This document shows, piece after piece, positions 37,439 through 47,419 of a DNA stretch of 64,000 nt. Every line of letters starts with the position of its first letter. Position 1 is the first letter of the stretch. Below the pieces are notes generated by a model. The model was not told the DNA's origin, made no database searches, and was given only the letters and a program-made list of their open reading frames with translations. This stretch comes from Bdellovibrionota bacterium FG-1 (lineage in GTDB: Bacteria > Bdellovibrionota > UBA1018), in the NCBI GenBank assembly GCA_051382295.1, contig JBBCAW010000023.1, positions 1 through 64,000 of the forward strand, read 5' to 3'. The position numbers and the translations under genes are program-made.

Positions 37439-38086
37439 CTACTTCCCCGCTGCCGCCGGTACCCGCGCCACCACTGGCGCCGTAGCCGCCGCGACTGGAG
37501 CTGGCGCATTACCGAAGCCATAAATCGACGCCGTAATGAACACATTGGCGGATTCACTGATGGCACGCGCCCATCCTGAGTCACTTCGACAGCCCTGCTT
37601 TTCCGTAAGGGCGCCGTCAGCGCGCACGAGACGGACGCGAACGGGAGACATACAGCCCTTAAACGGAGTGGTTGCTCCGCTGAGAGCATTACTCATATGA
37701 CTCAGCATTTCGCGCGCGGCTTCTGACGGCATGGGAGAAGCCATCGTGGGCTTTTGCGCGCTAACATTCAATCCACTGGCCGGAACTCGAGTCGAAACCG
37801 TCACATCACCGGGGACAGGCTCAGCCTTTGCCCAAGCGGGAGTGATCGAAATCTGCGCGGGGCCATTGTCTTTAGCCTGAACATGCAGCAAAAATGTCGC
37901 GGGTCCGGACCACTTGTCGTGTGGCCCCGGATATTCAATATAGGCCTCAACATAAGGCGAATTAGCAACAGTACCATCCAACGATGTTTGAGTCTGTGTG
38001 CTCAAACAAGCCGGCCCACTGAGCAGAACAACCCCACAACTACTCACCAAAGCTTTCAACATCCAACCATTACGCCAGGCCATCAC
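37439..38086 (-). CDS. Putative lipoprotein, unknown function
   Basis: Hydrophobic leader with 'GPAC', Cys pair, Ala-rich tail. ATGA-coupled to the upstream gene. Confidence 0.7.
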   Translation of the reverse strand: MMAWRNGWMLKALVSSCGVVLLSGPACLSTQTQTSLDGTVANSPYVEAYIEYPGPHDKWSGPATFLLHVQAKDNGPAQISITPAWAKAEPVPGDVTVSTRVPASGLNVSAQKPTMASPMPSEAAREMLSHMSNALSGATTPFKGCMSPVRVRLVRADGALTEKQGCRSDSGWARAISESANVFITASIYGFGNAPAPVAAATAPVVARVPAAAGK

Positions 38087-39093
38087 TTGGTCTCCTTTGA
38101 CGCCACACCAGAAGTACCACTCGAAGCCACGCTTCGAGTTCCCGCCTCAAAAGGCATCTCCTTCATGCATTTGGCCATCTCAGGATTCCGAAATGCCTTC
38201 ACCTCACACCCAGGAGGAGTGGTGATCGCGGCCACTGTAGTCGACACCGCCCAGCCCGCCTCGGAGTAAGTGCCCTGCGTGCACCCCTGGGCATCATTTA
38301 CGCCCAGACATTTAAGCAGAGGAGCCCAGGTTACCGAAGCATGTTCGCCACCGACACGTCCGAGTTCACAAGGAGCCCAAGACTGGGCCACCAGCCGAGC
38401 GAGCTCGAACTTGGCCCTCGCTGGATTTCGACTCGCAAATTGAACGAAACCCCCGCCAATTTTGAGAATGGGCTCTGAATTTTCAGCCGCCTGGCTATAA
38501 ACTCCAATGCCTCGCCAAGCAAGATCAGGCTCATCCGATGAGGGCGGTCTTTGGATTTTTAAACCACGAACTTGTTTTTCCATGGTTGCATAAGTGGCTT
38601 CCGGAATTTCGCTCCGATGCTGACCGAGCCAGCCAATCAACGAACTTTTTGCACCATGAAACTTATCCATCACCATGGCCCACTCCGCCTTGGTGACTCG
38701 AGTGTATTCAGGGCCCTCGCCGCAGTATTCAGAAAAAGTGCATTCTTTGCCTGGATCAGCACTCACACTCGCGGTTGCGGCCGCAGTGACTGGCGCAACA
38801 GCCTTACTTGCCACGGGAGCGTCTTGATCCGACTTCTGATCCCGTGAATCCGCGACCTCGTCCTCCACATCTTTTGCCGTATCTCGGATCCGATGTGATA
38901 GCTCTGTACGGTCTTTTTCACCCGACAGACTAGCCACTTTTCGATCCGATGTTTTTTCTGCGGTCTCCGCCGTTGACGGAGGCCCCGCTACGGGTCGGTG
39001 CTTAACGTAATAATAAGCGCCAAAAGCCCCTGCAAAAACAGGAAGAGCAAATGCAATGTAACGTCCAAATTTAAATTCGCGCATCCTGCGCAT
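38083..39093 (-). CDS. Membrane-anchored periplasmic hypothetical protein
   Basis: Single N-terminal TM, disordered linker, Cys-containing C-terminal domain. Confidence 0.75.
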   Translation of the reverse strand: MRRMREFKFGRYIAFALPVFAGAFGAYYYVKHRPVAGPPSTAETAEKTSDRKVASLSGEKDRTELSHRIRDTAKDVEDEVADSRDQKSDQDAPVASKAVAPVTAAATASVSADPGKECTFSEYCGEGPEYTRVTKAEWAMVMDKFHGAKSSLIGWLGQHRSEIPEATYATMEKQVRGLKIQRPPSSDEPDLAWRGIGVYSQAAENSEPILKIGGGFVQFASRNPARAKFELARLVAQSWAPCELGRVGGEHASVTWAPLLKCLGVNDAQGCTQGTYSEAGWAVSTTVAAITTPPGCEVKAFRNPEMAKCMKEMPFEAGTRSVASSGTSGVASKETK

Positions 39094-39210
39094 AAGGAAA
39101 TCTCCTCAAATAGAAGTTTAAGGGATCACCCAAAAAAACCAAGCAAAAACCGCTGCCAATAAAATGACTTTTTAATTCAAATTCATCCGAAAATACGGCA
39201 CGATGGCAAA

Positions 39211-41148
39211 ATGCTCCGAAGACACTTCCCGTTATTGATGGTTCTCATCATTCTTCTCGCCAATTGCTCCCACGGCCCTACCCACAATCCCGTGACTGAA
39301 GATCAGGGCGAACTCCCCCCAACAGGCAAAAACATCGAGACAATCGCGATCTTAGGTACGAACGACCTTCATGGAGCGCTCGGCTCCGCGCAACTCAAAA
39401 CCCGAGAGAACGACGGCATAGCCCCCATCGAGTATCAAGCAGGGGGCGTGGCGATGATTGCGTCCTATGTCAAAATTCTCCGCCAAGAATTTGGCAATCA
39501 CTTCGTCTGGCTCGATGCAGGTGACGAATTCCAAGGATCCATCGAAAGCAACTTGAATCAAGGGGCACCGATGGTCCAATTCTATAACGCATCGGGCGTT
39601 CAAGTCGCCACGATCGGCAACCATGAATTTGATTACGGACCCGACAACAGGACGGGAATGTCCCCCCAAGACCGCCTAGGTGCCTTGAAGGCGCGGATTT
39701 CTGAAGCCCATTACCCATATGTTTCAGCTAATATCGTCAATAAAGCCACGGGGCGCCTCGCAAGCGACCTGCTTCCCGGCCTTCTGCCCCACGTACTTCT
39801 CCCGGTGGGCCGACTGAAACTCGGCGTGATCGGCCTTTCGACTGAAGAAACACCCAAGACCACCTCCAGCATCAATATTCAAAATTTGTCCTTTACCGAC
39901 CTCAAAAACGCGACCCTGAAAGAGGCCCAAGAACTCCGCACTCAGGGTGCTGATCTGGTCGTTATTACGGCTCATGTGGGCCTGAAATGCGAACAGGGCC
40001 GCGCATCTGCCAGCAGCCATATCCGCAAACCCACTGAACACCAAGGTGACTGCGGAAACCGAGACGAAATGGTCAAGCTTTTAAAGAACCTTCCGGCAGG
40101 CACCATAGACGCGGTGGTAGCCGGCCACTCCCATCAGCTCGTTCATCACTGGATCGCGGGAGTGCCCGTCATTCAAGGCGGTGCCTATGGCCGTTATTTA
40201 AACGTCATTTACTTAAACTATGATCTCAACCAAAAGAAACTCCTCACGGATTTAACTCGTATTGAAGGCCCCGTGCCGGTCTGTCCCACGGTTTTTCAAA
40301 ATCAAAATGACTGTAACGGGGATCGCCCCGCCCCGAAAGGGGGACGTGGCCCGCTCGTGGCCTATCAATTTCATGGCCAAACTCTTTCTGAGGACACTGC
40401 CATTGTCGATATGCTGAAGCCGGTATTTGACCAATCCGCCCAAGTCAAAAAACAGGTCATTGCCACCGCCGCGCGCCCAATTGATCATGATCGTTTCAAA
40501 GAGTCCGCACTGGGCAACATCGTGGCCGATGCCATGCGTGACGCTACGGGCGCGCAGGTCGCACTCATGAACGCCGGAGGGATTCGTTCCAACTGGGAGC
40601 AAGGGGCCATTACCTATGGTGATGTCTTTCGCGCCCTTCCTTTTGACAACACCGTGGTAAAAAGCCAAGTCACCGGAAAAGAACTCAAGACCATTATCCG
40701 GCTGGCTGAAAGCGGTTCGAGAGGATTCTTTCCATTGGCTGGCGTTAAAGTCCGATTAATTCACCCCGATTTAGACGCCGCTGCGGATGACCTCAACCAA
40801 GACGGCAAAATCGATCCTTGGGAGGTCAATCGTATCCGTTCAATAACACTTGAGGATGGCAGCGAGATTCGAGATACCTCGAACTATACCTTCGCAACAT
40901 TAGATTTTCTTTTGACGGGAGGAGATGACCTCGGCTGGATCATGTCCAAGATTCCACTCAACCGCCAGTCCCCCCCCCCCGCCAGCCTCGTCCGTGACGC
41001 CGTGCTGGCGCGACTCCATAAACTGGCCGCAAGCGGCCCCATCAATACAGTTTCGCATCCCATCGTAGACCCCTCCGACCCTCGTATTAGATTCGAGAAG
41101 CCGGCGGTACCCAAGAGGAAAGCCAAACATAAACGCAAACGCCATTGA
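39211..41148 (+). CDS. 5'-nucleotidase / UDP-sugar hydrolase family lipoprotein
   Basis: 'TNDLHG', 'LDAGD', 'GNHEFD', 'GHSH', 'NAGGIR', 'LPFDN'; lipobox-like 'LANC'. Confidence 0.92.
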   Translation: MLRRHFPLLMVLIILLANCSHGPTHNPVTEDQGELPPTGKNIETIAILGTNDLHGALGSAQLKTRENDGIAPIEYQAGGVAMIASYVKILRQEFGNHFVWLDAGDEFQGSIESNLNQGAPMVQFYNASGVQVATIGNHEFDYGPDNRTGMSPQDRLGALKARISEAHYPYVSANIVNKATGRLASDLLPGLLPHVLLPVGRLKLGVIGLSTEETPKTTSSINIQNLSFTDLKNATLKEAQELRTQGADLVVITAHVGLKCEQGRASASSHIRKPTEHQGDCGNRDEMVKLLKNLPAGTIDAVVAGHSHQLVHHWIAGVPVIQGGAYGRYLNVIYLNYDLNQKKLLTDLTRIEGPVPVCPTVFQNQNDCNGDRPAPKGGRGPLVAYQFHGQTLSEDTAIVDMLKPVFDQSAQVKKQVIATAARPIDHDRFKESALGNIVADAMRDATGAQVALMNAGGIRSNWEQGAITYGDVFRALPFDNTVVKSQVTGKELKTIIRLAESGSRGFFPLAGVKVRLIHPDLDAAADDLNQDGKIDPWEVNRIRSITLEDGSEIRDTSNYTFATLDFLLTGGDDLGWIMSKIPLNRQSPPPASLVRDAVLARLHKLAASGPINTVSHPIVDPSDPRIRFEKPAVPKRKAKHKRKRH

Positions 41149-41181
41149 CCAATTCCGGTTGCACCATGTTACACTTTTCAC

Positions 41182-43458
41182 ATGGCTATGGGACGAACAT
41201 CCTCATTTTCAGCGCAAGAGGTTTTGAGTTCGATTGACCAATCGGTCAAAAAAGAATTTGACTCGAATCGACGCATTCTTTCTTACGACGAATACCTCGC
41301 GTTGCTGGGCGAATACCCCGAACGTCAAACGCGAAGTTCGGCAACTTACCTCGCCGATATGATGGATCACTTTGGCCGAGACGCGCTTCCTAAACCGGAA
41401 ATCTCCGGTGCCCCTCAACGTTTCAAGCTTTTCGATTTTCCAGTCGACAGCATGGCCTCCAAAGTCGTGGGCCAGGAGCATGTTCAAAACCAAATTTATC
41501 GAACCCTCCGCACTTTTAGCCGCCAGGGCATTAACAACAAACTCATCCTGCTTCATGGTCCCAATGGAAGCGCGAAAAGTTCAATTGCCCATGCCTTGAT
41601 GAGCGGTCTAGAAAAATACTCCAAAGAAAACCAAGACGGCGCGCAATACACGTTCAACTGGGTATTTCCGGTCGACCGCGTCACCAAAGGTGGCATCGGA
41701 ATCAATACTGCGCCTTACGGCACGACCAAAACCGATGCCACGGGAAGTTTTGCGAAGCTGCCCGATGATGAGGTTTCAGCTCGCGTCCCGTGCGAACTTC
41801 GCGATCATCCACTCCTGCTCATTCCCCAGGATCAACGCCAATCTTTTCTGGAAAAACTCCTAGGTTCCGCCAAAGCTCATGAAGTTCTAGAAAAGATGCC
41901 GCATTACCTCACCCGCGGGGATCTTTGCCACCGATGTCGACAAATTTTCGACGCTCTTCTCACAGCCAACCAGGGAGATTACCGCAAGGTCCTGGCCCAC
42001 ATTCAAGTCGAACGCATGTACTTTGCGCGCCGGTACCGTCGAGGCCTGGTGACCATCGAGCCGCAACTTCATGTCGACGCGCAATTTCAATACCTCACCT
42101 ACAGCAAAAGCATGTCCGCCCTCCCGGTTTCACTGCAGAGCCTGAACCTCTTTACCCTTCAGGGCGACCTGATCGATGGCAACCGCGGAATCATTGAGTA
42201 TAGCGACCTCCTCAAACGCCCGGTCGATTCTTTTAAGTACCTCCTCGGAGTTTGCGAAACCGGCTCGGTCAACGTAGCCACCACGATCGCGTATTTAGAT
42301 ACCGTCATGATTGGCTCGACCAATGAAGTCCAACTGGATGCGTTCAAGGAATTTCCAGATTTCACCAGTTTCAAGGCTCGCATCGAGTTGATTCGAGTCC
42401 CCTACTTGCTTTCAGTTTCGGAAGAACGCCAAATTTACGTTTCGCAACTGAGCCAAATGGCGGGCGAAAAACACCTGGCGCCTCATGTCGACTGGACCGC
42501 CGCGCTTTGGGCTATTCTCACCCGTCTCAAAAAGCCGAACAGTATCAACTATCCCCCGACAGTAAGCACGCTCGTTTCAAACTTGAGTCCCATCGAAAAA
42601 GTGCGCCTCTATGACAGTGGCGAGGTTCCCTCCACTTTGTCGCTTGAGGAACGCAAGATTTTGCGCGCAAATCTTCGCAAAATTCGGGAAGAATACATCA
42701 ACATCCCCTACTACGAGGGACGCATGGGCGCTTCGGCCCGCGAGATCAAATCCATTTTATTTGATGCCGCCCAGAATCCCGAGTTTCAATGCCTGTCCCC
42801 CTTGGCCGCGCTTCGCGAACTCGAAGAATTTGTGAAACGAGTGAGCGAATATGAATTTCTCAAGCAGGAAATCAAAGACGGCTTTCACGATGCGCAAGAA
42901 TTCATCAACACCACCCGGGTCGAATATTTAAACCGGGTCGACCGTGAAGTACGCGATTCAATTGGCTTATACGATTCGGCGCAGTGGGAAGAATTTGTCA
43001 AAAGATACGTACAACAGATTTCACTCGTTTTGAAAAAAGAAAAACAGAAGAATCCAATGACTGGTGAAATGGAAGATCCTGATTTCTCCCTCATCGAAGA
43101 ATTCGAAACCATCGTCGATGCCCCCCAAGACTCAGGGGACAAAGAAAACTTTCGGCAAAACGTGATTTCTCAGATTGGCGTATGGTCGCTCGACCATCGC
43201 GGTGAACCGGTCGTCTACGCCCATGTTTTTAAGGATTTTTGGAATAAACTCGAAGAGCATTATTTTGAGTCCCAAAAGCTGCTTTTAACCAAAATGCACG
43301 ATGCCCTCTTGGTTTACGATAAGGGCGAGGCCGCCCCTACCACCTCCGAAGGCGGAAAATTGGCTCAAACGACCATTGCCAATATGGTCGCTCGGCAGGG
43401 TTACTGCGACAAATGCGCCAAAGAGGTCATTCTTTTCCTTATGCGTAGCCGATATTGA
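41182..43458 (+). CDS. PrkA/YeaG-family AAA serine protein kinase
   Basis: 'LLHGPNGSAKSS', 'GNRGIIEYSDLLKRP', 'EGRMGASARE', terminal 'GYCDKCA'. Confidence 0.85.
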   Translation: MAMGRTSSFSAQEVLSSIDQSVKKEFDSNRRILSYDEYLALLGEYPERQTRSSATYLADMMDHFGRDALPKPEISGAPQRFKLFDFPVDSMASKVVGQEHVQNQIYRTLRTFSRQGINNKLILLHGPNGSAKSSIAHALMSGLEKYSKENQDGAQYTFNWVFPVDRVTKGGIGINTAPYGTTKTDATGSFAKLPDDEVSARVPCELRDHPLLLIPQDQRQSFLEKLLGSAKAHEVLEKMPHYLTRGDLCHRCRQIFDALLTANQGDYRKVLAHIQVERMYFARRYRRGLVTIEPQLHVDAQFQYLTYSKSMSALPVSLQSLNLFTLQGDLIDGNRGIIEYSDLLKRPVDSFKYLLGVCETGSVNVATTIAYLDTVMIGSTNEVQLDAFKEFPDFTSFKARIELIRVPYLLSVSEERQIYVSQLSQMAGEKHLAPHVDWTAALWAILTRLKKPNSINYPPTVSTLVSNLSPIEKVRLYDSGEVPSTLSLEERKILRANLRKIREEYINIPYYEGRMGASAREIKSILFDAAQNPEFQCLSPLAALRELEEFVKRVSEYEFLKQEIKDGFHDAQEFINTTRVEYLNRVDREVRDSIGLYDSAQWEEFVKRYVQQISLVLKKEKQKNPMTGEMEDPDFSLIEEFETIVDAPQDSGDKENFRQNVISQIGVWSLDHRGEPVVYAHVFKDFWNKLEEHYFESQKLLLTKMHDALLVYDKGEAAPTTSEGGKLAQTTIANMVARQGYCDKCAKEVILFLMRSRY

Positions 43459-43501
43459 TGGCGAGACCTCTTTGTGCTAATGGGCAAAGCACGGAAGTTG
43501 A

Positions 43502-44518
43502 ATGAAAATAGACAGTGATTTTAGAACCCCCGACGAATACGTGGTCACGCACACGGTTGACCGCAATCAAACGGGTATCCGTCTAGATTCGTTTTTGAAG
43601 GAACGTTATCGTCGGCGCTCGCGCGAGACGCTCAAGCGGGCCATTGATGCTGGCTCAATCGCCGTTGAGCGCAATCAAGGACCCCATGTCAGCGTGGGCC
43701 GCCTCAAGCCCAGCACTCAGCTCATCGGCGGGGATGAAGTCCTCGTCGTTTCGGAGCGAAAACCCGAACCCGAGGTCGACTTTAACTACCGAATTCTCTA
43801 CGAAGACGATGTCCTTTTTATTATTTGTAAACCCGCTAACCTCCCCGTGCATCCAGCGGGACGCTATTTCTTTAACACCCTCCTGGTTCATCTCCGCACT
43901 CAAGGTCACCTCACGCCACTGAAAGCAGAGCGTGAATATTTTCTGGCCCATCGAATTGATAAGGAAACCAGCGGCGTTTTGGTCCTCACCAAGGATCGAG
44001 CGGCGTGTGCTCATATTACCCGCCAATTTGCCGATCGAATGACCCAAAAACGGTATTTAGCGATTACGCACGGAATTGCCCCCGAGTCCTTTACGGTCGA
44101 CCAAGCCATGAAGCGTTCCACCGTTTCAAAAGTTGAACTCAAAATGATGATTTCGCCCGAAGCCGAGGGCGGACAAACGGCGTTTACGCAGTTCAAACGC
44201 TTGAGCATCCATGGACAGTTTTCTCTGGTTGAATGCCTCCCAAAAACTGGCCGCCAGCACCAGATCCGACTCCATCTCGAAAGCGCGGGCCACCCAATCG
44301 TGGGCGATAAGCTCTATGGCATCGATGAAGACGAAGCTTTTCGTTTTTTTGAACGCCAATTCATTTCTGCCGAGGCGCAGGCCAAGCTTTTACTTCCTCG
44401 TCATGCGCTTCACGCGGCGGCCATTGAATTCGAACACCCGCTCACCGGAATACGGATGGAATTCAGTGCGCCTTTACCGGAAGACTTACAGGCCTTCCTC
44501 GATGGACAACAACCGTAA
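43502..44518 (+). CDS. RluA/RluD-family pseudouridine synthase with S4-like N-terminus
   Basis: 'KPANLPVHP', 'HRIDKETSG', 'TGRQHQIR.H', 'GHPIVGD.LYG', 'LHA'. Confidence 0.92.
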   Translation: MKIDSDFRTPDEYVVTHTVDRNQTGIRLDSFLKERYRRRSRETLKRAIDAGSIAVERNQGPHVSVGRLKPSTQLIGGDEVLVVSERKPEPEVDFNYRILYEDDVLFIICKPANLPVHPAGRYFFNTLLVHLRTQGHLTPLKAEREYFLAHRIDKETSGVLVLTKDRAACAHITRQFADRMTQKRYLAITHGIAPESFTVDQAMKRSTVSKVELKMMISPEAEGGQTAFTQFKRLSIHGQFSLVECLPKTGRQHQIRLHLESAGHPIVGDKLYGIDEDEAFRFFERQFISAEAQAKLLLPRHALHAAAIEFEHPLTGIRMEFSAPLPEDLQAFLDGQQP

Positions 44519-45811
44519 ACCCGGCGCCTCCCAAGAAGGCTCAAAACTAGGGCAACTTTCGCCTTCCTCCGACACCAAAGTCGCAAAACTTCTGGCACCC
44601 GGACCATTGTCATAGCGAAGATCGCCCACGATGACCGAGCCATGAGGTCCCTGGCCCGCAATCCAAAAAGGAACCCTCACAAAATGGAGCAACCCTCGCA
44701 CTCGACAACGGGCCTGAGCCAGCGCTCGAATTTCGGAGATATTTCCGCGAAACTCCCCAAGCCAACTCACCCCTCCCCCTAAGAGCGAAGGAGCAGACAC
44801 CGTCTTCAGCGGGGCCTGACGGTCACCCAAAAGTCTGGCAAAACAGGCAGTTGGGTGTGCGGCGCCCCGAAACGGTCCAGAGGCCACTACCCCGAGCCGA
44901 GCCCGATAAGCTTGCCCTAAATGCGAAACCAAAATAACCCGCCAACAAAACGGATTGGAAGGTGCAGGTGAAGCCACCACGTCCAAAAGCTTCTCGCCGG
45001 GCGGAAGCTCAGCGCGAAGCATGGTTTTAATCTGCTGAGATTGCCAGGCAAAGCCCATCAAGACCGCCAAGATGCCCAAAACAGGTACCGTGAGCCGCCT
45101 GCGCCGCTTTTGCAACAGGGTGACCCCAAGCCCCCAGAGAGTAATCCACAAAGCCACTGGCCAGGGCGCCAATCGGCTCAACCAGGCGGCAACAACGATC
45201 CCCACCCCTAAAAACAGGCTGGCGAATCGACCGCCCCGCGAACGCGAGATACGGTACACAAAGGGAAGCGCCGCCAGCCAAATCAAGGGCTCAAGAATAA
45301 AAATAAAATCGCCGTAAAACCAACGGGAAACCACGGGCCAAAAAGGATGAACACCGTAATCATTCCAAGAATCAGCACACAAATGCAGCAACAGCGCCAG
45401 CCAGGCGGTCCCCAGCAAAAGAGACGGAGAAGGAAGCTCATTGCCCGGCCGGTGAGGGCGAAACCGCCGCGCGGCCAACCTACCTACCCCCGCCGCCAAG
45501 ACGGCCAGTGGAATGGACAGCAAAAACGTATGCGTATAACCCCGGTGATGCAATAAATAACCGAGCTGCGAGGCCTCGCCAAACCAGGGGCGCATCAAAA
45601 AATCAAAATCAGGTAAATTGCTCGCAAAAACAGCGGCCCACAGCACTCCCGCGCGAACCGATCCCGAGTCAGAACGCCGGTGATTCACATGCCCAGGATG
45701 AGGCCCATTGGCCTCATGAGATGGCCTGGCGTGACGCCGATCCCCCTTGCGAGCACGCAGAATGCCTTCGGCCAAAAGCACGCCGATCAACGAATGGGTC
45801 ACATTATCCAT
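44486..45811 (-). CDS. Inner-membrane metal-dependent hydrolase (YdjM/DUF457-like)
   Basis: 'MDNVTHSLIG', 'SNLPDFD', 'HHRGYTH', 'HLCADSWNDYGVHPFWP'. Confidence 0.85.
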   Translation of the reverse strand: MDNVTHSLIGVLLAEGILRARKGDRRHARPSHEANGPHPGHVNHRRSDSGSVRAGVLWAAVFASNLPDFDFLMRPWFGEASQLGYLLHHRGYTHTFLLSIPLAVLAAGVGRLAARRFRPHRPGNELPSPSLLLGTAWLALLLHLCADSWNDYGVHPFWPVVSRWFYGDFIFILEPLIWLAALPFVYRISRSRGGRFASLFLGVGIVVAAWLSRLAPWPVALWITLWGLGVTLLQKRRRRLTVPVLGILAVLMGFAWQSQQIKTMLRAELPPGEKLLDVVASPAPSNPFCWRVILVSHLGQAYRARLGVVASGPFRGAAHPTACFARLLGDRQAPLKTVSAPSLLGGGVSWLGEFRGNISEIRALAQARCRVRGLLHFVRVPFWIAGQGPHGSVIVGDLRYDNGPGARSFATLVSEEGESCPSFEPSWEAPGLRLLSIEEGL

Positions 45812-45866
45812 AAAAAATAACCCCTGAACGATCTTCTAGCCGCAAGGGCGAGCTCGTTCAGGGGTT
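45812..45866 (-). terminator. Terminator-like hairpin directly before the hydrolase ATG
   Basis: 13-bp arms AACCCCTGAACGA/TCGTTCAGGGGTT (45819-45866), followed on the minus strand by ATTTTTT then ATG. Confidence 0.65.
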
Positions 45867-45942
45867 CCTCCCAAAAACTTTCAATGTGGAAGCGGGTGTA
45901 TCGCCAGTTTTCCGCTTCGTCAAATAAAAAATACGCATAGCG

Positions 45943-46758
45943 TCATTTTACTCCGTTTCGCACCTCGATCAGTCGCCTGGCCATCTGGGCAAACCCCGCT
46001 CCGCTCGCACTCGGAGTGATCCAACGAGGCGGGCTCTTGAGACGATCCAGGTAATGACGAAGATTGGCCACTCCCACTGAAAAACGAAAACTCGCAAAAA
46101 GGGGTTCATCATTGGGAGAGTCCCCAATAAACAACCACTCGTCCCATTGTGGTATTGGGGCTTCCTTCGACATCACCAACCCGGGCGCGCCCTGCGAAAG
46201 CCAGTGCTCCAACCCCTTACGTTTGTCGTAATCTCCAAACCAAGCGTTCACATGAATACTCGATAATTTAGCGTGCGCTCCCAAGCCGTGACAAAGACCG
46301 AGCAACTCATCCACCTCCGCGCGCGACCACGGGGGAACATCCTCGCAAAAATCGATGGCCAAATCAAATTCACGGTAGGCCTGGTCCGAAGCCCATTTGG
46401 CGTGAGGAAACCGCGTGAGGATCTTTTGCTCAAGAAAGCCGAGCTGGGTTCGTAATTTTTCGCTGGATGCCCCCGCGGGCGTATCCAGCCGTCGCCTCAC
46501 CCCGTCTTGCATAAAAAAGGTAAAGGCTCCGTTTTCCCCTACGACCGCATCCACTGGCCAAAAACGCGCAAAATGATCGCACCATCCCGCAGGCCGACCC
46601 GTGATCGGCACAACCGCAAAACCCGCATTTTTCAACGACCAAAGTGCGACAAAAGCCTCGTCGGTGAGCTTACCTTCGGTGGAAAGCGTATCATCAATAT
46701 CAAGGCAAATCCCGCGCACTTGCTGGAGCTCAACCGCAGGCGCGCACTCCCAGTTCAC
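45943..46758 (-). CDS. HAD-IIB family hydrolase
   Basis: 'LDIDDTL', 'ITGRPAGW', 'SSIHVNAWFG.YDK', 'GDSPND'. Confidence 0.9.
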   Translation of the reverse strand: MNWECAPAVELQQVRGICLDIDDTLSTEGKLTDEAFVALWSLKNAGFAVVPITGRPAGWCDHFARFWPVDAVVGENGAFTFFMQDGVRRRLDTPAGASSEKLRTQLGFLEQKILTRFPHAKWASDQAYREFDLAIDFCEDVPPWSRAEVDELLGLCHGLGAHAKLSSIHVNAWFGDYDKRKGLEHWLSQGAPGLVMSKEAPIPQWDEWLFIGDSPNDEPLFASFRFSVGVANLRHYLDRLKSPPRWITPSASGAGFAQMARRLIEVRNGVK

Positions 46759-46780
46759 CGGTATTGCCTGCTCATGAACC

Positions 46781-47419
46781 TCAATGGTAATAAGTCACCC
46801 CTGCCGACAGGTAGCTTTCAGTATGATTGACTGCAATCCCGAATTCGATCGAGGTTCTGATTTTTTCGCTGGTTTTAAACCCCGCCCCGACCACCACGCT
46901 GGAGAGCCAACGATACTGCCCATTGGCAAAGCCCATCCCAATAGGGACCGCCACAAAGGGCTCCGCCTCGCCGCCCGTACCGGTGACAAAGCTTTTGTGA
47001 ATATAGGGAATCGCCGAAAGCTCAACCTGCCCGCTGGTCTCGGTGCTTCCGTCTTCTCGCCCGACGGTGGGAATTCGGATATAAATGCCCTGAAGCGCCA
47101 ACCCGATTCCGGGTTGCTTATCAATGTCAGGGAAAAAATCAAAGGTGCCGGCCGCCCCCACTCTAAACTGGCGTGGTCCACTCCCCGTACCTATGATCGC
47201 TGAAAGATTGGTGAGATCGTTGAGCCCCTGAGTATAACGACCCTCAATCCCCAACCCTGCGCCGCTAGTCAAGGTCAGATCAGTTTCAAGCCCAATAGCA
47301 AAATCACCTGGGGTCACAAACCGAGGATAATTGAACACCGCGGACCAGGCGGATGAACTCAACACCAACACTCCTAAGGCCCCTATCCCAAAAATCAATC
47401 GCATCAAAACAGCCCTCAA
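46781..47419 (-). CDS. Exported protein, probable small outer-membrane beta-barrel
   Basis: Signal peptide, alternating amphipathic strands, C-terminal 'YLSAGVTYYH'. Confidence 0.6.
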   Translation of the reverse strand: MRAVLMRLIFGIGALGVLVLSSSAWSAVFNYPRFVTPGDFAIGLETDLTLTSGAGLGIEGRYTQGLNDLTNLSAIIGTGSGPRQFRVGAAGTFDFFPDIDKQPGIGLALQGIYIRIPTVGREDGSTETSGQVELSAIPYIHKSFVTGTGGEAEPFVAVPIGMGFANGQYRWLSSVVVGAGFKTSEKIRTSIEFGIAVNHTESYLSAGVTYYH

